Positions 58,218 through 64,000 of a stretch of DNA of 64,000 nt are shown here, in pieces. Source of the DNA: Candidatus Poribacteria bacterium (GTDB lineage: Bacteria > Poribacteria > WGA-4E > WGA-3G); assembly GCA_003635195.1 (NCBI GenBank), contig PYIY01000004.1, forward strand, positions 3,527 through 67,526, in the 5' to 3' direction. Numbering within the stretch: the stretch's first letter is position 1; each line of letters opens with the position of its first letter. The position numbers and the translations under genes were made by a program. The notes under the pieces are model-generated. The model saw nothing but the letters and a program-made list of their open reading frames with translations. It was not told where the DNA came from and did no database searches.

Positions 58218-58508
58218 ATGCGGTTAGATAAATTCCTGCAGGTCAGCCGTCTTGTAAAACGGCGGACGATTGCGAATACCCTCTGTAGCAAAGGCGCAGT
58301 GAGCGTCAACGGACACGTTGCGAAAGCTGGAAAGATGCTTTCTATAGGTGATGTAATTCGTATGCCTGGGTCCCCAGCGACTATTGGGGAAGGGCGCGCG
58401 GCAGGCGTTGAGGACGTGCCAGCGTCTGAATACGAGGTTGTTGAACTTCCCTCTGGGAACGTCTCGCGTGCGCGTGCTGCAACACTCTACCGTCAAGTAA
58501 ACCCGTAG
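58218..58508 (+). CDS. S4-domain RNA-binding protein (Hsp15/RqcP-like)
   Basis: MRLDKFLQVSRLVKRRTIA...G.V.VNG..AK..K....GD motif. Confidence 0.9.
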   Translation: MRLDKFLQVSRLVKRRTIANTLCSKGAVSVNGHVAKAGKMLSIGDVIRMPGSPATIGEGRAAGVEDVPASEYEVVELPSGNVSRARAATLYRQVNP

Positions 58509-58563
58509 CCTCCATCTCCTGATCGAGGCATCACTTGCTTCGATTAAAGGAGAAAAAATTGCA

Positions 58564-59790
58564 ATGACTCGCGATATCAGCCATCAGCCGTCAGTTGTCA
58601 GCCGTCAGTTAAGAGAGGGATTTGATAAATCAGATCGCCTCTTTGCTGACAGCCGAAAGCCGAAAGCCGAAAGTCATTCTAACCGAGAACCGAGTGCCAA
58701 AACGCAGCATACCACAAATAGGCCCAAGATTGGGCTAACGATGGGGGACGCAGCTGGCATCGGTCCCGAAATCATTATCAAGGCACTTGGACACAAAAGT
58801 GTATATTCAATGTGCCAACCGATTGTCATCGGAAGTCCTGCTATCCTTCAAGATGCTTGTCAATTCATATCCGCTGGCGCGCCTGAGTTAAAATTGAATG
58901 TTATCAAGACCGCGATGCAAGCAAGTGGGACGCACGGGATAATTGATGTGCTTGATGTCTCTTCCCTATCGCCTGAAGAGATTTGCCGTGGCACCATAGA
59001 TGTGCGTGCAGGTGCTGCTGCTGTCAAAGCGATTGAGGTGGCTGCACACCTCGCGATGCGTGGTGAGCTTGATGCTATCACAACTGCTCCAATATGCAAA
59101 TCAGCCATAAATCGCGCAGGAATCCCCTATTCAGGGCACACAGAAATGCTTGCTGCATTTACGAATACACCTGACGTAGTGATGATGCTCTGTACACCTG
59201 AAGCATTGACCCCGAACCCCACTTTGGAAGCCACAACGCGTAGGGGCGAGGTCACCTCACCCCTTGAAAACAAACGCGTCGATTTTGCAGTCTCTTTTGT
59301 GACAAACCATATCGCGTTGGCTGACGTTCCGAAACATCTCTCTATTCCAAGAATCGTCAATGTTATCCAGATCACGCAACAAGTGTTGATCCGCTGTGGT
59401 ATTTCTGAACCTCGACTGGTCGTTGCGGCCCTAAACCCTCACGCGGGTGAAAATGGTATGTTCGGAGAGGAGGAAGCGCGTTTTATCCATCCAGCCGTTG
59501 CAAAGGTCCAGGCACAAAACGGTCCGATAGATGGTCCGCTCCCTGCCGATGTGCTTTTTGTCAAAGCACATCAGGGCCAGTGGCACGCTGTTATCGCTAT
59601 GTATCACGATCAAGGTAACATCCCGATAAAACTTCTCGGCTTTGGGAAACTTGTAAATATCACTTTAGGCTTACCGATAATCCGCACCAGTGTAGACCAC
59701 GGCACAGCGTTTGACATAGCCGGTAAAGGTATCGCTAATGAGAGCAGCCTTGTTGCGGCACTAAACTGCGCCTCTCGACTCACGAATTAG
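58564..59790 (+). CDS. pdxA: 4-hydroxythreonine-4-phosphate dehydrogenase
   Basis: MGDAAGIGPE, TAPICK, GHTE, LNPHAGE, AMYHDQG and RTSVDHGTAFDIAG; two repeat-derived insertions. Confidence 0.93.
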   Translation: MTRDISHQPSVVSRQLREGFDKSDRLFADSRKPKAESHSNREPSAKTQHTTNRPKIGLTMGDAAGIGPEIIIKALGHKSVYSMCQPIVIGSPAILQDACQFISAGAPELKLNVIKTAMQASGTHGIIDVLDVSSLSPEEICRGTIDVRAGAAAVKAIEVAAHLAMRGELDAITTAPICKSAINRAGIPYSGHTEMLAAFTNTPDVVMMLCTPEALTPNPTLEATTRRGEVTSPLENKRVDFAVSFVTNHIALADVPKHLSIPRIVNVIQITQQVLIRCGISEPRLVVAALNPHAGENGMFGEEEARFIHPAVAKVQAQNGPIDGPLPADVLFVKAHQGQWHAVIAMYHDQGNIPIKLLGFGKLVNITLGLPIIRTSVDHGTAFDIAGKGIANESSLVAALNCASRLTN

Positions 59791-59806
59791 CCACCAGTAA
59801 GAATGA

Positions 59807-59898
59807 CTTTCAGCAGTTGGAAACCATCAGCTTTCAGCAAAGACGCAAGCGTTCCAAAACTGCCTCACAGTGAGAGTTTTCTTTACTGATGGCTATTC
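59807..59898. repeat. Degenerate heptamer-armed hairpin repeat
   Basis: CCATCAG CTTTCAG CAAAGA ... TCTTTACTGATGG. Confidence 0.55.
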
Positions 59899-60029
59899 CT
59901 ATGGTAGATTTTAGAATTAAAGAGACATTGTAAAGCAACAAAGTTAAGAAAGTTCATCAGCAGAGCGTTCCGCTTTCGCTGCTGTCTATTTATTTTTATA
60001 GTTCACGAGAGAAAGAATCGTAAAACGCC

Positions 60030-63000
60030 ATGAAAAAGACGCTTATTTTTTTCGCCATACTCCTTGCGCTTTCTACTGTTCCAATGCTGATTGCTGTAGG
60101 GCAGACCCAGTCAGGGTCCCTACCTGTTCGTGGGGACGAGGTGCTACCGCTTCAGATTCTTGCAATCACAGCGGACACCCTCACAGCACGTTTCACTCTA
60201 CCAGAACTTAAGATAACAACACGGGCTTCCTCTCCTGTGGACGATTCCGAAGAGGTGATAACTGATATTCGTTTTGCGGGCGCGGACCGGACGCTTGACG
60301 TAGGCAAACCGCAGCTACCTATTTACACACAACGCATTGGAATCCCTGTCGCGGGAACGCCGGTTGTTACCATTATTCAAGCGCGTCCAGAGATGAAGAC
60401 GATCGAAAATGTACGTATCACACCTGATGATCCAATTTTCCCTACTCTGGTCTCCAGCGATGCCCCGCGGGCTTCCGCCAAATTTCATCCCACGCAGCTT
60501 GTAGAGGTCATCCCCAGGGGTTTGGTGCGAGACCAGCGCATCGGCAGTTTGCAAATCAACCCGGTGCAATACAATCAGGCAACGAAGCAGTTAAAGGTAT
60601 TCCGGTCTGTGACGTTCCGCGTGCATTTTCCGGGGGCGGTTATTGGTGGTACTGTTCCTACTGCACTTTCTTCTTTTCGAGAATCCCCACGTGTTTTTGA
60701 GAACCTGTTCCGAGGGACATTGCGTAACTATGAGCAGGCAAAGCTGTGGCGCAAACAACGCCGAGTACTTTATAATGTTGCAGATGGCAATCACGTTCCC
60801 GGAGCACCGCCGCTCATTAATGCAAGCACACGCCGTTTTAAAATCCCTATCACTCGGACAGATATGTATCATATTACCTATAACAACATTAAGGTGCATA
60901 CCGGTATTGAACCAGAGACTATAGACCTTGATACACTTCGATTGGAGAGCAGTGGGAAGAAACAAGGTGTCTATATTTTCGATGAAAACGAGAACAATAG
61001 GCTTGACCCTGGTGAGTTGATTGTTTTTTATGGTCGGGCATTAGTAGACAACAAATTTACCGATGAAAACGTCTACTGGCTCCGTTTTGGTTTACGCGGA
61101 GAGCCGGACGCTGGTCTTGAGCCATCGCGCGTAGGGGTGCGCGATGGGGCACCGCGAACGCCAAACTTAGTATCCCCTAAAGCCTTTTTCACACGTGTTC
61201 GCTTTGAGGAGAATAGGCATCACGATGCCTTAGACGGCAGCGATATTAAATCTGAACTTGCGGACCACTATTTCGGTGTCGCCTTCCGCGGTGGGAATAT
61301 TGAAACAAGCAGAAAAGTTTTTCCGATAGAGCCGACAGACATCCCGGGAGCGATCCCGCGGCTTCAAATTGATCGCACCGCTACTTTGCGTATCAAATTC
61401 CAAGGTGCCTCTCGCAAGGGGAGTGCGCGCCACATCGCGCGCATCACTTTTAATAACAAGAGACTTGATAGAGATGAGGAGTGGAAACGTCAAAATTGGC
61501 AGACTGCAATCCGCGACATCCCACCGGATATCATCTTCCACGATACAACGAACTATATGCGCATTGATGCGCTTGATAGAAACGATACGCCACCGGGATC
61601 TTACGATTTTTACCTCGACTGGTATGAACTTGACTATTGGCGGGACTTTCAAGCGGATTTCAATCGCCTTGAATTTAACACCAATACTGAACCGCGGAAC
61701 CGTGGTGAAGTTCAGTACCGAATTGGAAACTTCTTTCACGACACAATAGATGTATATCAGTTGGGTGAAAACGGAATTACAAGTAGACTCACTGGTGGTA
61801 AAGTCACTCGATCGGGGGCGAGTCGTCAGATTTTATTTCAGGATACTGTCAGCCAGTATAGACGCTATTTTGTTGTAAGTCATAATAGCTATAGAAATAT
61901 CAACGCGCTCGTTCCGACACCACCGACACCGTTAAGGAACCCTGCTAACCAAGCCGATTATGTCGTCATTACACACTCGACTTTCGCCGAAAGTATTCTT
62001 CCGCTTGTTGAATTCAGGCATTCGCAAGGTTTAACAACCATGGTTGTTGATATTGATGACATTTACAATGAATTTAGCGACGGTCTCTTCAACCCCTTTG
62101 CGATCCAGAAATTCCTACGGTATGCCTACCATAACTGGCAGCAACCCGCGCCGACTTATGTACTCCTTGTTGGCGATGCACACTACGATTACAAGAGAGC
62201 CACTGTTGATATCTATCGGAAAGATCAGACGTTTCGAGGCACTTATAACCTCTATCCGAACTACGTGCCGACGTATCATGGTTGGGCCCCTGCGAGTGGT
62301 GAAACTGCTATGGATCAGCGTTTTGTCAACATCAGTGGAGAGGATGCTTTGCCCGATATGCTTATTGGTAGACTCTCGGTGCAAAGCCCTGAAGCCCTCA
62401 CAACCATGGTTCAAAAGATTATTGACTATGAAAAGAATCCGAAAATGGGGTTGTGGCAAGGTACGTTAATTCAGGTGGCAGACAACCATACAGACAAACC
62501 CAACGACGGTCTTTTTGAGGAATCTCGCGATGAACTGATACAGGAGGTTATCCCGCCCGGATATGACACGCGCCAAATCTATCTCCGAAAAATTGGGAGT
62601 CCTGACAGTACACGTAGGCGGATTATCGCTGCTATCAATAGTGGCGCGCTTGCAATTGAATACGCTGGGCACGGTGGCAGCCAGACTTGGGCAGATGAGT
62701 CTATTTTTCGTATTGAGGATGCTGCTGGTTTGCGGAACAAATACCTCCCTTTTGTTATCACAACAACCTGTCTCAATGGACAATTTGATAAACCTCAACA
62801 GGCGGGAAACTTCTGCCTCAGCGAACAGTTTTTATTGGGCAAGTACGGTGCTATTGCAGCACTTTCGGCGACACGACTCACCTACGGACAAGCAAATGCT
62901 GAGTTTGATATAGACCTCTTTGAAGCCTTTTTTCGTGTTGTTCAGGAGCCTCCAGAATTGGCGACGAACAGTACGCCCTTGCAGCCAACGATAGGATATA

Positions 63001-64000
63001 TTATTGCCGATGCTAAAATTAGTTTTATCAACCGGATTCGGAATATAGATTGGATTCCTGGAACCGAATCATACACACTTTTTGGTGATCCGGCATCGCG
63101 CCTTGCTCGCCCGCAACTTGACGTAAAAGTGGAATTGGAACGCGTCGCGCTCAATGACACACATAAGATTGTGATGAAGGCGAACGAGGTGGGCGTGATC
63201 CGCAATTCAGGGCTCGAGGGGACAGAGGGTGTGAGTTTCACGCGCGCCTCCGATTTTAGCACAGACCCGGGTACATTTTTTGCTTCTGCGGTTTTTGCAA
63301 ATAATTTTGATGACAACCTCCGCAATGACCTTACACGACGGGCAGGCGGTCAGGTTTGGCAGGGAGAGTACGGAACTGTTCGGATTGATGTCCCAAACAA
63401 CGCGATACCCGGTAGTGGTTTTGCCCGTATTTTTGCTTATGACGACACCCGTGCTGCTGTCGGTGGCACTCGATTCTGGATAGATACACCTGTCGTATTC
63501 GATGTCCGTGAGACGCTTGATACCAAAGTCACGGATACTCTTAATATCAGTGCCCTCGTCCTTGATGACAAAGGACAGGTTGGCATACGAAGTATAAGCG
63601 TTTCATGGGATAATACTGATACCTTTGTAGAGGTGGTAACGCCTATGGTCCCTGCGCGCACACCGCTCGGTGATGTTCCACCGGGTGGCCGCTGGTATGA
63701 GCTTGAGACCCCTATCCCACTTCCACCAGGCGGGAAGCAGATACGTTACCGAATTCACATTACCGACAGTACAGGACACAAGGTCGTCATTCCATCGAAA
63801 ACAGAACGCAACATTGTCAAGGCTCCTAAAGGACCGAACCTCGCAATCGGCACTGACGAGGCAGATAGGGCCCCTATTCGATATGCGTATGACGAGAAGA
63901 AAAACGGTTATCAACTCATAGCAGAATTGATCAATGACGGCGATCGTCCTGTGGTGGTGGATATTGAGGTCGTATTTGCTCAAGGGAACCCTGACGCTGA
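60030..64000 (+). CDS. C25 family cysteine peptidase (gingipain/PorU-like) with propeptide, 3'-truncated by window edge
   Basis: Manual translation from ATG 60030: signal peptide MKKTLIFFAILLAL, ADYVVITH, DIYNEFSDG, YVLLVGDA, EYAGHGG (His) and TTTCLNG (Cys); absent from the ORF track, presumably because no stop falls in the window. Confidence 0.9.
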   Translation, partial: MKKTLIFFAILLALSTVPMLIAVGQTQSGSLPVRGDEVLPLQILAITADTLTARFTLPELKITTRASSPVDDSEEVITDIRFAGADRTLDVGKPQLPIYTQRIGIPVAGTPVVTIIQARPEMKTIENVRITPDDPIFPTLVSSDAPRASAKFHPTQLVEVIPRGLVRDQRIGSLQINPVQYNQATKQLKVFRSVTFRVHFPGAVIGGTVPTALSSFRESPRVFENLFRGTLRNYEQAKLWRKQRRVLYNVADGNHVPGAPPLINASTRRFKIPITRTDMYHITYNNIKVHTGIEPETIDLDTLRLESSGKKQGVYIFDENENNRLDPGELIVFYGRALVDNKFTDENVYWLRFGLRGEPDAGLEPSRVGVRDGAPRTPNLVSPKAFFTRVRFEENRHHDALDGSDIKSELADHYFGVAFRGGNIETSRKVFPIEPTDIPGAIPRLQIDRTATLRIKFQGASRKGSARHIARITFNNKRLDRDEEWKRQNWQTAIRDIPPDIIFHDTTNYMRIDALDRNDTPPGSYDFYLDWYELDYWRDFQADFNRLEFNTNTEPRNRGEVQYRIGNFFHDTIDVYQLGENGITSRLTGGKVTRSGASRQILFQDTVSQYRRYFVVSHNSYRNINALVPTPPTPLRNPANQADYVVITHSTFAESILPLVEFRHSQGLTTMVVDIDDIYNEFSDGLFNPFAIQKFLRYAYHNWQQPAPTYVLLVGDAHYDYKRATVDIYRKDQTFRGTYNLYPNYVPTYHGWAPASGETAMDQRFVNISGEDALPDMLIGRLSVQSPEALTTMVQKIIDYEKNPKMGLWQGTLIQVADNHTDKPNDGLFEESRDELIQEVIPPGYDTRQIYLRKIGSPDSTRRRIIAAINSGALAIEYAGHGGSQTWADESIFRIEDAAGLRNKYLPFVITTTCLNGQFDKPQQAGNFCLSEQFLLGKYGAIAALSATRLTYGQANAEFDIDLFEAFFRVVQEPPELATNSTPLQPTIGYIIADAKISFINRIRNIDWIPGTESYTLFGDPASRLARPQLDVKVELERVALNDTHKIVMKANEVGVIRNSGLEGTEGVSFTRASDFSTDPGTFFASAVFANNFDDNLRNDLTRRAGGQVWQGEYGTVRIDVPNNAIPGSGFARIFAYDDTRAAVGGTRFWIDTPVVFDVRETLDTKVTDTLNISALVLDDKGQVGIRSISVSWDNTDTFVEVVTPMVPARTPLGDVPPGGRWYELETPIPLPPGGKQIRYRIHITDSTGHKVVIPSKTERNIVKAPKGPNLAIGTDEADRAPIRYAYDEKKNGYQLIAELINDGDRPVVVDIEVVFAQGNPDA

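Noticed and set aside
60315-63983. Many short ORFs on both strands in the ORF track
   Set aside because: Shadow frames of the single long C25 peptidase ORF starting at 60030

Overview
Bacterial chromosomal window that looks like Candidatus Poribacteria, a sponge symbiont. This is an inference from five PhyH-family Fe/2OG dioxygenase genes, a LamG protein ending in an AVxPxxKL...WGxLK tail, and the sulfatase, sialidase-like and enolase-superfamily catabolic genes. The left ~32 kb is accessory. It holds PhyH paralogs, an uncharacterised module (997-aa Prim-Pol-like/wHTH protein, divergent HTH gene, two small paralogs, structured non-coding flanks), a TonB receptor, a PL2 lyase, three mandelate-racemase-family dehydratases and a BrnT/BrnA pair. 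The right part is mostly housekeeping: ugd, MoxR, GHMP kinase, HU, asd, mtnK, DnaJ-class, aspartate aminotransferase, seven tRNAs and tig-clpP-clpX-lon-S4-pdxA. It ends in a large C25 (gingipain/PorU-like) peptidase gene that runs off the window and is absent from the ORF track. The clearest sequence-level signal is a dense, modular set of small repeats. These include TIR/TSD-bounded MITE shells carrying REP-like cargo, nested insertions, a ~105-bp repeat family and heptamer-hairpin elements. Several sit in-frame inside proteins or directly against start/stop codons. Three to four candidate structured RNAs were also seen. All alignments and pairings were done by eye; no database searches were run.
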